Source: Candidatus Poribacteria bacterium (lineage in GTDB: Bacteria > Poribacteria > WGA-4E > PCPOR2b). From it: a stretch of DNA of 64,000 nt. Below the pieces are notes generated by a model. The model had not been told where the DNA came from. It ran no database searches and was given only the letters and a program-made list of their open reading frames with translations. Numbering within the stretch: position 1 is the first letter of the stretch; each line of letters begins with the position of its first letter. A program made the position numbers and the translations under genes. Below are positions 40,706 through 50,917 of this stretch, in pieces. The stretch lies in NCBI GenBank assembly GCA_965218095.1, contig OZ244587.1, positions 5,120,001 through 5,184,000 of the forward strand, read 5' to 3'.

Positions 40706-41977
40706 TTATTTTTGAAACTCAGTCACAACCTGTCTTAATCGCTGCTTGAAGGCTCCTCGATTTTTTGTAATTTCAAGCTCGATTGCTAACACAAAGATTT
40801 GTAATTCTTCTGATTTGGATTTCGTGTTTGCCAATTTCTGCGCATCTTTTTTGGTCGTCACAATCAAATCGGCGCAAGCCTGACTCGCTTGAGTTCTGAT
40901 CTGGCTGAGATCTGCTGGCATGTATTGATGATGATCGGGAAACGCCAACAACTCAACACACTGTGGCTCATATCGTCGGAGCGTTTCAGCGAAGGCTTCG
41001 GGGTTACCGATGCCGCACACGGCAAGCAGGCGTTGCCCATTCAATAGATCTAGCGGAAGTTTCTCATCGGTCCCCAATCGATACAGCTTCGTGGGTTGAT
41101 GGCGGCTCTCAAAGATTTGTTCCCCTGGTACGAATTGTTGAAGCGTGACCGGATCTGTCGCGAAATCGGTTCGAGTCAGCAGGACGATATCTGCTCGCTT
41201 CAAGGCGGATCTGGGTTCTCGGAGCGTTCCTGCTGGCAGCAATTTTCCCGTCCCAAAAGGCTGCGTGCTGTCAACCGTGACGATATCCAAATCTCGTGCC
41301 AATCCCCGGTGCTGAAATCCATCATCCAGGATAAGAGCGTATTGATGAACTAAAGCAGGCACGGCGGGAGCCTTGCCCTCCCTTCCCCGGTTGGGAGCAT
41401 CAGGGAGGGTGAGGCTCCTGCTGAACCCTTTTTCTTGCCCGTATTCCAAAAGTCGAATCGCCTCAAACCCTGCGACATAACGATCCTTCCCGATTACCAC
41501 CGGAATACCCGGTAACTCCCGCGCGATCATCGCGGCTTCATCGCCGCTTTCTGTCACCGGCGTTAAGATCCTCCTGCCATTGGATACAATCGCTGTTGAA
41601 GGGCTACCTTTGCGTCGATAGCCACGCAGGAGAACGGCCACATGAAATCCTTCGCTTTGCAGATACCTGGCGATCCAAATCACCATTGGCGTTTTGCCTG
41701 TGCCGCCAGCGACGATATTCCCGACGCTGATCACTGCACACGGGAGACATCTGGGGCATCGGATTCGCAGATCGTAAAGCCAACTGCGCAGTGCCACCAA
41801 CGCGCCGTAAATCCAACTCGGCGGCGTCAGCATCCCCCGAATGAAAGTGGGTAGTTTCCCCTTGTGACGCCGTGTAATGACGTTGTACACGGCATGTGAA
41901 ACGTGAAACGTGAAACGTGAGGCGTGATCAATGAACCAATGGACTAATGAACCCATGAACTTCTTCCCTTTCATCAC
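40706..41977 (-). CDS. lpxK: Tetraacyldisaccharide 4'-kinase
   Basis: SVGNIVAGGTGKTP, GDE, LDDGFQH, LPAGTLRE, FPDHH. Confidence 0.95.
   Translation of the reverse strand: MMKGKKFMGSLVHWFIDHASRFTFHVSHAVYNVITRRHKGKLPTFIRGMLTPPSWIYGALVALRSWLYDLRIRCPRCLPCAVISVGNIVAGGTGKTPMVIWIARYLQSEGFHVAVLLRGYRRKGSPSTAIVSNGRRILTPVTESGDEAAMIARELPGIPVVIGKDRYVAGFEAIRLLEYGQEKGFSRSLTLPDAPNRGREGKAPAVPALVHQYALILDDGFQHRGLARDLDIVTVDSTQPFGTGKLLPAGTLREPRSALKRADIVLLTRTDFATDPVTLQQFVPGEQIFESRHQPTKLYRLGTDEKLPLDLLNGQRLLAVCGIGNPEAFAETLRRYEPQCVELLAFPDHHQYMPADLSQIRTQASQACADLIVTTKKDAQKLANTKSKSEELQIFVLAIELEITKNRGAFKQRLRQVVTEFQK
41358..41427. repeat. Palindromic element inserted in frame in lpxK
   Basis: GGCACGGCGGGAGCCTTGCCCTCCC..GGGAGGGTGAGGCTCCTGCTGAACC imperfect IR. 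Confidence 0.8.
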
Positions 41978-43098
41978 ATTTCACAAGCAAAATGGCTGAG
42001 TATCAACCGTGCTGTCCGTTCAACTGCTCCGGGGCATCCAAGTTGTTGATACACCTTGCGAAGCTCCGCTTGCTGTGCTTCTCGCTCCTTTGCATCCTGC
42101 AATAACCGGAGTGTGATCGGGGTCATGCGGTCTGCTTTTACTTGGTTTTGAAGTAACTCTGGAACAATCTCGCGCCCTGCGATAACGTTGGGCAAACCGC
42201 TGAACTCCAGCTTGACAAGCGTTTTGAGGATTCGCCACGACAGCGGCAACATCTTATAGACCACGATCATCGGCGTGCCCAAGCAAGCGGCTTCAAGGGT
42301 CGCTGTCCCTGACGCGATTAGCATGAGATCTGATGCTCGCATTGCTTCATATACTGCCTCGCTCACAACTTTGACACACGGCATCTCTGGCAAACAAGTT
42401 GGATCAATACCCGGCGCAAGCGGCAGGACAAATTGGCAGTCGGGTAAAGTTTGACGAAGCTGGCCCACGACCTCCAACATCACCGGAAGTAAGCTTTCAA
42501 CTTCTCGGCGGCGACTGCCGGGCATTAGCCCGAGTACATATCCATCTTCGCGTAAACCCAGTTCACGACGGGCTTCGACGCAACTGAGATCGGTTCGGGC
42601 AAAGTCCAACAGCGGGTGTCCCACGAACTTGACATTTGCGCCAGCATTCCGGTAAAATTCCGCTTCAAAAGGGAAGATTGACGTAACAACGGTCGTCGTT
42701 TTGGCAATCTTCTTTGCACGGCTACCACGCCACGCCCATGCTTTCGGAGGAATATAGTAGATGACGGGAATCCCCTGGTGATAGGCGAAACGCGCCAACG
42801 GCATGTTGAAATCCGCGAAATCAACCAGAACCACGGCATCGGGGCGCTTCGCACGAATCAGATGTTTGAGGTGTTTTCGCTTTTTCAGAAAAGTAGGGAT
42901 GGTGGTAATTACCTCGCCGATTCCCATCACCGCAGAGTCGCGGATATGATAGATCAGATTGACCTCCGCTGTCGCCATCAAATCGCCCCCCATGCCAAAG
43001 AGATCGACACCGGGTGCAAGTTCTTTGAGTTTTGCTGCTACACGAGAGGCCTGGAGATCGCCGGAAGGTTCGCCGGCGATAATCATAATCTTTGGCAT
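41974..43098 (-). CDS. lpxB: Lipid-A-disaccharide synthase
   Basis: AGEPSGD, WAWR, FVGHPL, PGSRRRE, SGTATLE. Confidence 0.96.
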   Translation of the reverse strand: MPKIMIIAGEPSGDLQASRVAAKLKELAPGVDLFGMGGDLMATAEVNLIYHIRDSAVMGIGEVITTIPTFLKKRKHLKHLIRAKRPDAVVLVDFADFNMPLARFAYHQGIPVIYYIPPKAWAWRGSRAKKIAKTTTVVTSIFPFEAEFYRNAGANVKFVGHPLLDFARTDLSCVEARRELGLREDGYVLGLMPGSRRREVESLLPVMLEVVGQLRQTLPDCQFVLPLAPGIDPTCLPEMPCVKVVSEAVYEAMRASDLMLIASGTATLEAACLGTPMIVVYKMLPLSWRILKTLVKLEFSGLPNVIAGREIVPELLQNQVKADRMTPITLRLLQDAKEREAQQAELRKVYQQLGCPGAVERTARLILSHFACEM

Positions 43099-43190
43099 AA
43101 CCTTACCCTGTTTATTAACTGACAAACCGCGATTTATACTGTATTATAGAGAGCTTTGACTGTTGAGTAATTTTCAAAAAGAAAGTAATG

Positions 43191-43250
43191 GTTTGTAGTG
43201 AGGCGATTCATCGCCGTCCCAAACGCGCAATGAATTGCGCTACTACAAAC
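43191..43250. repeat. REP doublet (REPIN-like)
   Basis: GTTTGTAGTGAGGCGATTCATCGCC..GCGCAATGAATTGCGCTACTACAAAC. Confidence 0.8.
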
Positions 43251-43353
43251 GGAATGTATAGTTAAGTGTCTCTATTATACGATGGTAATCGGTAGCAGGT
43301 CAAGCTTCGCTTTGCAAAGCCAGAAATTTAAAATCTTGTCGAAAGGGGAAATC

Positions 43354-43818
43354 ATGATCAGGAAATATCAGCCATCTGACCTTGAAACGTTGCGGCAGAT
43401 TACCGCTATCTGTTTTGAGGGCGTTTCAATCGATAAGAACATCGAAGACAAATTCGGTGTTATCGCTGGGGTGGATTGGAAGCAGCGCAAAATGCCACAC
43501 ATTAACGATGATGTGGAAGTGAATCCCAATGGCGTATTCGTCGCAGAGATCACCGGAGAGATCACTGGTTACATCACAACCCGGATCGATCACTGGACGA
43601 AAATTGGCGGCATTCCGAACCTCTCTGTACACCCCAACTTCCAACAACGCGGATTAGGCACGCGCCTCATTGAGACAGCGTTGACGTATCTCAAAGCAGA
43701 GGGGATGCTTTACGTAAGGATCGAGACATTGGCGCAGAATGAGATTGGAACCACGTTTTATCCCAAGATGGGCTTTGTCGAAGTCGCCCGGCAGATTCAC
43801 TATATTCGTCCGTTGTGA
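43354..43818 (+). CDS. GNAT N-acetyltransferase
   Basis: VHPNFQQRGLG acetyl-CoA motif; FYPKMGF. Confidence 0.9.
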   Translation: MIRKYQPSDLETLRQITAICFEGVSIDKNIEDKFGVIAGVDWKQRKMPHINDDVEVNPNGVFVAEITGEITGYITTRIDHWTKIGGIPNLSVHPNFQQRGLGTRLIETALTYLKAEGMLYVRIETLAQNEIGTTFYPKMGFVEVARQIHYIRPL

Positions 43819-43831
43819 CCCAGAAAAGGAA

Positions 43832-43860
43832 TTGACTTAACCGAAGATTTGGGATAAAAT
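43832..43860 (+). promoter_or_regulatory. Putative sucD promoter
   Basis: TTGACT-17-TAAAAT. Confidence 0.6.
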
Positions 43861-43905
43861 CGGGATTGGCACTTCAATAAACAATTGGTGAAGGAGTTAC
43901 ATCAA

Positions 43906-44781
43906 ATGAGCATTTTTGTGAATAAAAATACAAAAGTGGTCGTTCAAGGAATTACTGGTCGTTCAGGCCGATTTCATACGCAACAGTGCGTCGCTTACGG
44001 CACAAAAATCGTCGCTGGCGTAACACCCGGCAGAGGCGGTTCCGATGTCGACGGCATCCCGGTCTACGATACCGTTGCTGAAGCGGCTGCAGCGACGGGG
44101 GCAGATGCGTCCGTAATCTTTGTGCCCGCCAGGTTTGCCGCGGATTCGATCATGGAAGCCACCGATGCAGAGCTCAGGTTAGTCGTCTGCATCACAGAAG
44201 GCATTTCTGTCCTTGATATGGTCAAAGCCAAACGTTTCCTGGAGGGAAGACCAACTTGCCTGATTGGACCAAACTGCCCCGGCGTTATCACGCCCGGCGA
44301 GTGCAAAATCGGGATTATGCCCGGCTACATTCATCAGCTTGGAAAGATCGGCATTGTCTCTCGTAGTGGGACGTTGACGTATGAGGCCGTGGATCAGGTG
44401 ACCAAACTCGGTCTTGGGCAATCCACCTGCATCGGCATCGGCGGCGATCCGGTCATCGGCACAAATTTTGTTGACGTGCTAGAGATGTTTGAAGCGGACC
44501 CAGATACGGAAGCGGTGATCATGATCGGCGAAATTGGTGGGACAGCAGAGGAGGAGGCAGCTAAATTCGTGAAGGAAAACATGACCCAACCCGTCGTCAG
44601 CTTTATCGCCGGGCAAACGGCTCCACCGGGAAAGCGGATGGGGCATGCTGGAGCGATTATCTCCGGTGGGCACGGCACGGCGGCTAAGAAGATCGAGGCG
44701 TTGAAAGCGGCTGGTATCGCTGTCGCCGAAAGCCCCGCGACGATTGGGGAAACGCTGGTGAAAGCACTTGAGAATCGGTAG
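43906..44781 (+). CDS. sucD: Succinyl-CoA ligase alpha subunit
   Basis: [27 protein letters not shown]. Confidence 0.97.
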   Translation: MSIFVNKNTKVVVQGITGRSGRFHTQQCVAYGTKIVAGVTPGRGGSDVDGIPVYDTVAEAAAATGADASVIFVPARFAADSIMEATDAELRLVVCITEGISVLDMVKAKRFLEGRPTCLIGPNCPGVITPGECKIGIMPGYIHQLGKIGIVSRSGTLTYEAVDQVTKLGLGQSTCIGIGGDPVIGTNFVDVLEMFEADPDTEAVIMIGEIGGTAEEEAAKFVKENMTQPVVSFIAGQTAPPGKRMGHAGAIISGGHGTAAKKIEALKAAGIAVAESPATIGETLVKALENR

Positions 44782-44843
44782 AACAATGAATGAGAACCGG
44801 AAACAAATGATTGTCACAGTTGATTCGCGAGGTTTAATAGGTT

Positions 44844-44982
44844 CAGGACTTACGCAATTACGATAAGAAACCGGCGTGTTTTCTGTATCTGGCATCATAT
44901 ATCCTGTGCTGTGTTGAATTCAAGATTCAGGAGACAGCAAGGATTTGAGGAGAACCTGCAACATTCAAATGCGTAAATCCTG
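44844..44982. mobile_element. MITE with IS701-type ends
   Basis: CAGGACTTACGCA..TGCGTAAATCCTG; matches IR at 27819 and 28359. Confidence 0.75.
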
Positions 44983-44987
44983 CGGTT

Positions 44988-46037
44988 CTAAAGCGGTAAT
45001 TCGACCATTCGTCCTTCTTTGCTGGATGTGTAGATGGCAAGGATAATTTCTACCGCTTTGCGTCCTTCACGCCCATTGACGAGGTGAGGCGTCCCGTTCT
45101 CAATAGTGTTGATGAGATCTTGCATTTGTCGGCGGTGGTTTTCATGGCTAATCGCACGCGGATCTGCGGCGCCGCCACCACCGGATCTCCTCTGCGCAAA
45201 TTGCTGATGAATTTCGGCATCTTCAGGAAGTTCCGGAGCAAACTCCCATTTGATAATATCCTCTTCTTCAAGAATCACAGTGCCGTTGCTCCCAGAGATT
45301 TCGGTCCTCTTCAGCATGCCGGGATAGGCAGTTGTTGTCCCTTCAATTACGCCTAACGCACCGTTTTCAAACCGAAGCGCCGCAACGGCGACATCTTCGA
45401 CCTCTATCCGTTCATGCGCCATTGTGTCGGTAAATGCTTGTACTGCTTTCACGGGGCCCATAAAATACTGGAGGAGATCGATTGCGTGGATTGACTGATT
45501 CATCAATGCGCCACCGCCGTCAAGCTCCCAGGTGCCTCGCCAACCACCACTGTCGTAGTATTCCTGTGTGCGATACCACTTGATGTAGGCGTCACCCAAG
45601 GTCAACACTCCGAAACGACCACTGTCGATCGTTTTCTTAACCAACTGGCTTCCCTCGGTAAATCGCGAGTTAAAGATGGCACATAAACGCACGTCTGCTT
45701 TGTCACACGCTTGAATGATGTCATCGCAACGGTCTAGAGTAATCTCAAGCGGCTTTTCAACGACGACATGTTTCCCCGCTCTTGCCGCAGCGACCGCCGG
45801 GGCTCTATGAGCCCCGCTGGGTGTGCACACGCAAATGATGTCGAGATCTTTGCGCTTCAACATTTCATTGTAATCGGGATACCAATCCACGTTGTAACGA
45901 TCCGCAACTCGCCTCGCGTTGTCTCCGTTTCTTGAGCTGACCGAGACCAATTTTCCACCTTCAAGCTCTGCAATCGCCGCCGAGTGAAAATCAGCAATCA
46001 TCCCGCAGCCGATAATCCCAAAATCGTAAGTTTTCAT
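44988..46037 (-). CDS. Gfo/Idh/MocA family oxidoreductase
   Basis: GCGMIA, CTPSGAH, VEKP, GGGALMNQSIH. Confidence 0.93.
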   Translation of the reverse strand: MKTYDFGIIGCGMIADFHSAAIAELEGGKLVSVSSRNGDNARRVADRYNVDWYPDYNEMLKRKDLDIICVCTPSGAHRAPAVAAARAGKHVVVEKPLEITLDRCDDIIQACDKADVRLCAIFNSRFTEGSQLVKKTIDSGRFGVLTLGDAYIKWYRTQEYYDSGGWRGTWELDGGGALMNQSIHAIDLLQYFMGPVKAVQAFTDTMAHERIEVEDVAVAALRFENGALGVIEGTTTAYPGMLKRTEISGSNGTVILEEEDIIKWEFAPELPEDAEIHQQFAQRRSGGGGAADPRAISHENHRRQMQDLINTIENGTPHLVNGREGRKAVEIILAIYTSSKEGRMVELPL

Positions 46038-46076
46038 AAAATGATGACTCCTTGTTCGTTGGGATTTCTTTCTCAT

Positions 46077-46226
46077 TCAACTTAATTCAAGTTCAGCCAA
46101 AGAAGAAGCGATTATTAATCTTTTAGCCAGATCCGATAGTTTAGCCTCGGATCCGATTTTCTGAATCCGATCGACAACTTCCTGTGGCAAGGGTCCGAAT
46201 TTGGCTTGCAACTGTTGGGATAACAT
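46077..46226 (-). other. Stand-alone DUF4351/Rpn C-terminal-like mini-ORF, 49 aa
   Basis: MLSQQLQAKFGPLPQEVVDRIQKIGSEAKLSDLAKRLIIASSLAELELS; GAGG upstream. Confidence 0.6.
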
Positions 46227-46412
46227 CTTCTGCCTCTAATTCAATATTGTCTGAAAGCCCAAAGCGATCTTGGTAACGATTATCCTCCAGCTTGGTTCTC
46301 AGGAATTTTTGGTGCTCAACTCTTTCCTTCTGCAAGCTGTTTTCCTCATTGGGATTTTTGTTGTTGCTTAGTTTAGCACAGATCTCAGTCACTTGCAAAC
46401 GAGAATTTTGGG

Positions 46413-46441
46413 TTGGCACATGGAGGCTCCTCTGGTATAAT
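46413..46441 (+). promoter_or_regulatory. Putative promoter of TPR genes
   Basis: TTGGCA-17-TATAAT. Confidence 0.55.
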
Positions 46442-46470
46442 CTCGATTATCTATAGCGTAAGGAGATCAC

Positions 46471-46785
46471 ATGGACACCTCAAAAGAAGAATTATACAAA
46501 GAATTCCTGAAAGACAATCCCGATAACCCGATGGTCCATTTTTCGTTGGGTTTGCTGTATCTCGACGAAAATCGACTTGAAGAAGTAATCGAAGAATTCA
46601 AAACGACGATTAAGCTGCAACCGGACTATATGGCGGCTTTTTGGAAACTCGCAAACGCCTATGAGGAAATCCAAGAGATCGACAAAGCCCTCGAAACTTA
46701 TGAGCAAACCTTGCACCTTGCACAGCAAAACGATGATAGCAATATGATCGAAGATGTACAGGAGCGGTTAGAATTCCTCAAATGA
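46471..46785 (+). CDS. TPR protein
   Basis: HFSLGLLY..PDYMAAFWKLANAY TPR pattern; AAGGAG RBS. Confidence 0.88.
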   Translation: MDTSKEELYKEFLKDNPDNPMVHFSLGLLYLDENRLEEVIEEFKTTIKLQPDYMAAFWKLANAYEEIQEIDKALETYEQTLHLAQQNDDSNMIEDVQERLEFLK

Positions 46786-47354
46786 TAAGAAAAGTAAGCA
46801 TGGCCTTTTGCCTCATGGTAACGCTTGTGTTTATCTGGATCTGGCACCATCAGAGTCAGTTTAACGACCATTCGCGCAAAGCCCTTTTTCATCTGAGAAA
46901 TGGCGAATTAGATCCAGCGATCAAAGCGTATACCAAAGCCATCAAGCAAAAAAAGCGCACGATTTTTTTTACCCAAGAGCCATCGGCATACAATAATCTG
47001 GGTCAAGCCTATCTGCGTAAAGCAGAATACGATCAGGCAATCACTGCTTTCCAAAAAGTGCTTGAAATGAAACCGGATGCGATGGAGGCTTATATCAATT
47101 TGGCGACAGCTTACCTGAAGCAGAATTTGCCGGACAAAGCAGTCAAATTTTGTGAGAAGGCAATTCAGATTACCCCGAATGTCGCGCTGATCCGCTATAA
47201 CCTCGCCTGCGCCTATGCCCTCAAAGATGAAAACGAGAAATCTATTGATTCCCTCAAACGGGCAATCGCCCTTGATGAGAGAATGAAGGCGTTTGCAAGA
47301 GAGGAAAGCGCGTTTGATCATCTCCGGTCACATCCCGTATTTTCCGCTGAATAA
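46782..47354 (+). CDS. Membrane-anchored TPR protein
   Basis: N-terminal TM; AYNNLG, AYINLA, YNLACAY. Confidence 0.88.
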   Translation: MIRKVSMAFCLMVTLVFIWIWHHQSQFNDHSRKALFHLRNGELDPAIKAYTKAIKQKKRTIFFTQEPSAYNNLGQAYLRKAEYDQAITAFQKVLEMKPDAMEAYINLATAYLKQNLPDKAVKFCEKAIQITPNVALIRYNLACAYALKDENEKSIDSLKRAIALDERMKAFAREESAFDHLRSHPVFSAE

Positions 47355-48161
47355 ATTCTGTACCATCCCGCTTAATTGTCCACATCCGCGGGGCGGGGTC
47401 GCCAGAGTATGCAATCAGATCCGGGGGTTTGGGGTGAAATTGCGGGTGAATGATCGTTTGATTTTCTGAAGAACTCATACCGATGCCATCACCCCTTTTT
47501 TAACTGGGAATACTGTTGTATCTCAGTTGCTTTTGATCGTCGTGTTCCACACTTCTTTCATAAAGTGAATGGGTATCCGAAGCGGAAATTTTGGGCCATA
47601 AATTATTTCCTTTCCTTTCTTTATTTTACCACATCTTTAGGTTTTACTCAATATGACTTCGAAGTGTGAATCACCCGTCCACCCGAGCCGTCCGTCGCTG
47701 TGACGGTGATATACGACTTGCTGGCTCGCTTCATCGCTGTAACGATGTGCTTTTCATCACCACTGAGGCTGCACTCACCGAGTCCGCCACCGTCGAATTC
47801 TTCCAGTGTCCGTTCCTCCAGCGATTCAAGAGGGATAGCTTTGATCGCCTCTCGCCGCGTAGAAAAAAGTTCCCGTCCATCTTTCGAGATAATCCCTGAA
47901 TATCCGTGAACCCCATCAGCATCGGTCAGTTGGACAATCTTCCCATTGGGGAATTCGAGTTTGTAAAAATCCAGCTTTCCGGATCGGTAAGATGTAAAGA
48001 CGATCTGCCCTTGATCGGGCGTGAAGGATGGGGTGAGAAAATAGGGGTTGTGGTTAATCGAGGGATGATCGGTGAGTTGGTAGATATGGGTGCCAGTCTG
48101 GCTATTCTTCAAATTCACAAAGTTCCGACGGGTGGGTTGAGCCTTTTGCGTATTGCGCCAT
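47355..48161 (-). pseudogene. Oligogalacturonate lyase/TolB-like beta-propeller, fragmented
   Basis: MAQYAKG start, QLTD..NPYF..FTPD, later IIHPQFHP..RMWTIKRDGT; frameshift, insertion, truncation. Confidence 0.65.
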
Positions 48162-48286
48162 TGCTGCCTCCTTTTTGCAGAAGTGTGGCAAGCGAAACGG
48201 GAGATTTTTCTCACCAGATTTCGCTTGATTTCGGGTCGTGTTCGTGATAAGATGAAATAGTTTCAAGAGAGGAGATTGGACTTTAG

Positions 48287-50011
48287 ATGAAACTCTCACC
48301 GATCGACGGGGCAATCATTGTTGGCTATATTCTCTTTGCGCTTGGACTTGGCATTTACTATTCCAAACGTGCCGGGAGGAATATCAACGAATTCTTCATC
48401 TCGGGACGAAACTTGCCGTGGTGGCTCGCAGGCACATCAATGGTTGCAACGACGTTTGCTGCGGATACGCCGTTGGCTGTCACGGGGCTCGTTGTCAACG
48501 ACGGTATTGCGGGGAATTGGCTCTGGTGGAATATGGTTCTGAGCGGGATGTTGGCGACCTTCCTGTTTTCGCGCCTCTGGCGGCGAGCAGGAATTATCAC
48601 CGACATTGAACTGACGGAGTTACGTTACTCCGGCAGACCTGCAAGTGTTTTGCGCGGGGCTCGCGCCCTTTACATTGGGTTGCCGATCAACTGCATCACC
48701 ATGGGGTGGGTCATCCTCGCCATGCAGAAGATTATCGTGCTGACCTTCGATCTGCCGGATACCGGGGCATCAAAAATTCTCGCAGTCCTTGCGTGTATGC
48801 TGATTGCAGGTGTTTATTGTGCGCTTTCCGGCTTTTGGGGCGTTGTCATGACAGATCTCATCCAGTTTAGCATGGCAATGATCGGTTCTATCGCGTTAGC
48901 AATTATTGCCGTGGCCAAGATTGGTGGAATTAGCGCACTAAAGACAAAGCTGGTACAGACACATGGAGCAGACCATACAATTCTGAATTTCTTGCCGGAT
49001 CTGAGTGCCGGGGAGATGGCGATATTGACGTTTGGCGTTTACCTCGGCGTACAGTGGTGGGCCTCCAATGGGGTGGACGGGAGCGGCTACATCGCCCAGC
49101 GGATGTTCGCAGCGAAGGATGAGCGAAATACGCTGCTCGCCACGCTATGGTTCAATATCGCCCACTATACGTTGCGACCCTGGCCATGGATTCTCGTCGC
49201 CCTGGTGTCGATGGTCGTTCACCCCGGTCTTGAGGATGCGGAGGCGGGCTATCCGATGTTGATGCTCGAATACCTGCCCGTTGGGTTGCTGGGGCTAGTG
49301 ATGACGGCATTTCTTGCGGCGTTTATGTCGACGATTGACACCCATCTCAACTGGGGGGCGTCCTATCTCGTCAACGACTTCTACAAACGCTTCTTCAGAC
49401 CGGAGGCTGACGACCGTCACTACGTGATCGTGTCGCGCATTTCGGTGGTGCTGATCATGGTCGTTGCAGGCGTGACCAGTCTGTTCATGAATTCGATTGC
49501 CGGCGCATGGAAATTCCTCATTGCCCTCAACGCAGGTATCGGACTTGTACAGATTCTGCGGTGGTACTGGTGGCGGATCAATGCCTGGTCGGAGATCGCC
49601 GCGATGTTTGCTTCAGCGATTGTGTCGGCGGTTGTGTTTACCTTGCCTCAGACAAAGGATCACTTCGCGTATCAGATGTTGATCATCGTGCCGATTTCGA
49701 CGCTGGCTTGGCTGATAACGACCCTAGCTACCGCTCCTGTTTCAGAGGACACGTTAATCGCATTTTATAATCGCGTGCATCCCAGTGGTGGATGGTGGGG
49801 GCGGATTGCCAGCCGTGCAAACGTCAAACCGATCTCGGAAGACGGCACGCCGGCACTGATAAACTGGCTGCTGGGTTCGATCTTTGTGTATTGCACACTG
49901 TTTGCATTCGGCAAATTGATTTTGGGCTTCTATGGCGCGGGATTAACTTTTCTGCTGATTGCGCTGGTGTCGGGTGGCTTGGTTTACCGGGGATTGCCGA
50001 TTCGCTTATGA
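48287..50011 (+). CDS. Sodium:solute symporter
   Basis: GRNLPWWLAGTSMVATTF, AQRMFAAK, AAFMST. Confidence 0.93.
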   Translation: MKLSPIDGAIIVGYILFALGLGIYYSKRAGRNINEFFISGRNLPWWLAGTSMVATTFAADTPLAVTGLVVNDGIAGNWLWWNMVLSGMLATFLFSRLWRRAGIITDIELTELRYSGRPASVLRGARALYIGLPINCITMGWVILAMQKIIVLTFDLPDTGASKILAVLACMLIAGVYCALSGFWGVVMTDLIQFSMAMIGSIALAIIAVAKIGGISALKTKLVQTHGADHTILNFLPDLSAGEMAILTFGVYLGVQWWASNGVDGSGYIAQRMFAAKDERNTLLATLWFNIAHYTLRPWPWILVALVSMVVHPGLEDAEAGYPMLMLEYLPVGLLGLVMTAFLAAFMSTIDTHLNWGASYLVNDFYKRFFRPEADDRHYVIVSRISVVLIMVVAGVTSLFMNSIAGAWKFLIALNAGIGLVQILRWYWWRINAWSEIAAMFASAIVSAVVFTLPQTKDHFAYQMLIIVPISTLAWLITTLATAPVSEDTLIAFYNRVHPSGGWWGRIASRANVKPISEDGTPALINWLLGSIFVYCTLFAFGKLILGFYGAGLTFLLIALVSGGLVYRGLPIRL

Positions 50012-50030
50012 AAGGCTTGGGAAACCATCA

Positions 50031-50228
50031 ATGACACGGAACAAAAACACGTCAATCCTGGATTGGCAACACCTTCGACCAAAGGTCACAGCAGAACTAT
50101 TCCAAGAAATCACCCATCGGATTGTTGAGCAATTCCACCCAGAGAAAGTCACTCTCTTTGGTTCTTATGCGTATGGTAATCCGACACCACACAAGGTGGA
50201 ATCCAGAAGGGTAGAAATATGCAAATGA
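50031..50228 (+). pseudogene. MNT nucleotidyltransferase fragment
   Basis: HPEKVTLFGSYAYGNP; stops before DxD motif. Confidence 0.6.
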
Positions 50229-50400
50229 GCAAGTGAGCAAATGACTGGAGAAAGAACAAAAAGTCTTGCCAATCTCCTCAACGGATTCAAAGAGGCTACC
50301 ATCAAGGTAGCATCTACTGATTCTCGACTCCCTTTGTAAATTTCTACCAGCAGGGAGTGATTGAAGATTTGATGAAAGAAACTAATGAAGCAGGTTAAAA

Positions 50401-50904
50401 ATGCCAGAGACGATTTTCGATCTTTCAGCCAAAAAAATAATGCCATTCACGCTGATCTACCTGAAATCTGGCGATGAGGTACTGCTGCTCAAAAGGTCGC
50501 CTGACAAAGAGATGCACGCTGGCGAGTGGCTTGGTCTGGGCGGAAAAGTGGAGCCGGGCGAAGAATTTGTAGCGTCGGCCATCAGAGAGTTTGCAGAGGA
50601 GTCGGGACTGACAATCGGAAATCCAACACTTCGTGGCACGTTCTCCTGGATCGGCGAGACGACGGCAGGGGCTTTGTACCTTTTCGTTGCAACGGAATAC
50701 GAGGGCAATCTCCTGAAGGGAACCGATGAAGGGGTTTTGGGTTGGCACAATATTAACGATCTCAATGGCTTGGAGGGTTTTGCCGAGCATCAAAAACTGT
50801 TCTTGCCAAAGATCCTGCGCGATGATGACTACTTCTATTGCGGCATGGGGCTCTTCGATGCGGAAAGTATGGTTCAATACGCCGATAGTAATCAGTATTT
50901 TTAG
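50401..50904 (+). CDS. NUDIX hydrolase (MutT-like)
   Basis: Nudix box GGKVEPGE..AIREFAEESGL. Confidence 0.9.
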   Translation: MPETIFDLSAKKIMPFTLIYLKSGDEVLLLKRSPDKEMHAGEWLGLGGKVEPGEEFVASAIREFAEESGLTIGNPTLRGTFSWIGETTAGALYLFVATEYEGNLLKGTDEGVLGWHNINDLNGLEGFAEHQKLFLPKILRDDDYFYCGMGLFDAESMVQYADSNQYF

Positions 50905-50917
50905 ATCGAGGTAGGGC

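Noticed and set aside
43906-44781. sucD without sucC; kdsB-pyrG without kdsA
   Set aside because: Split operons are common; partners may lie outside the window
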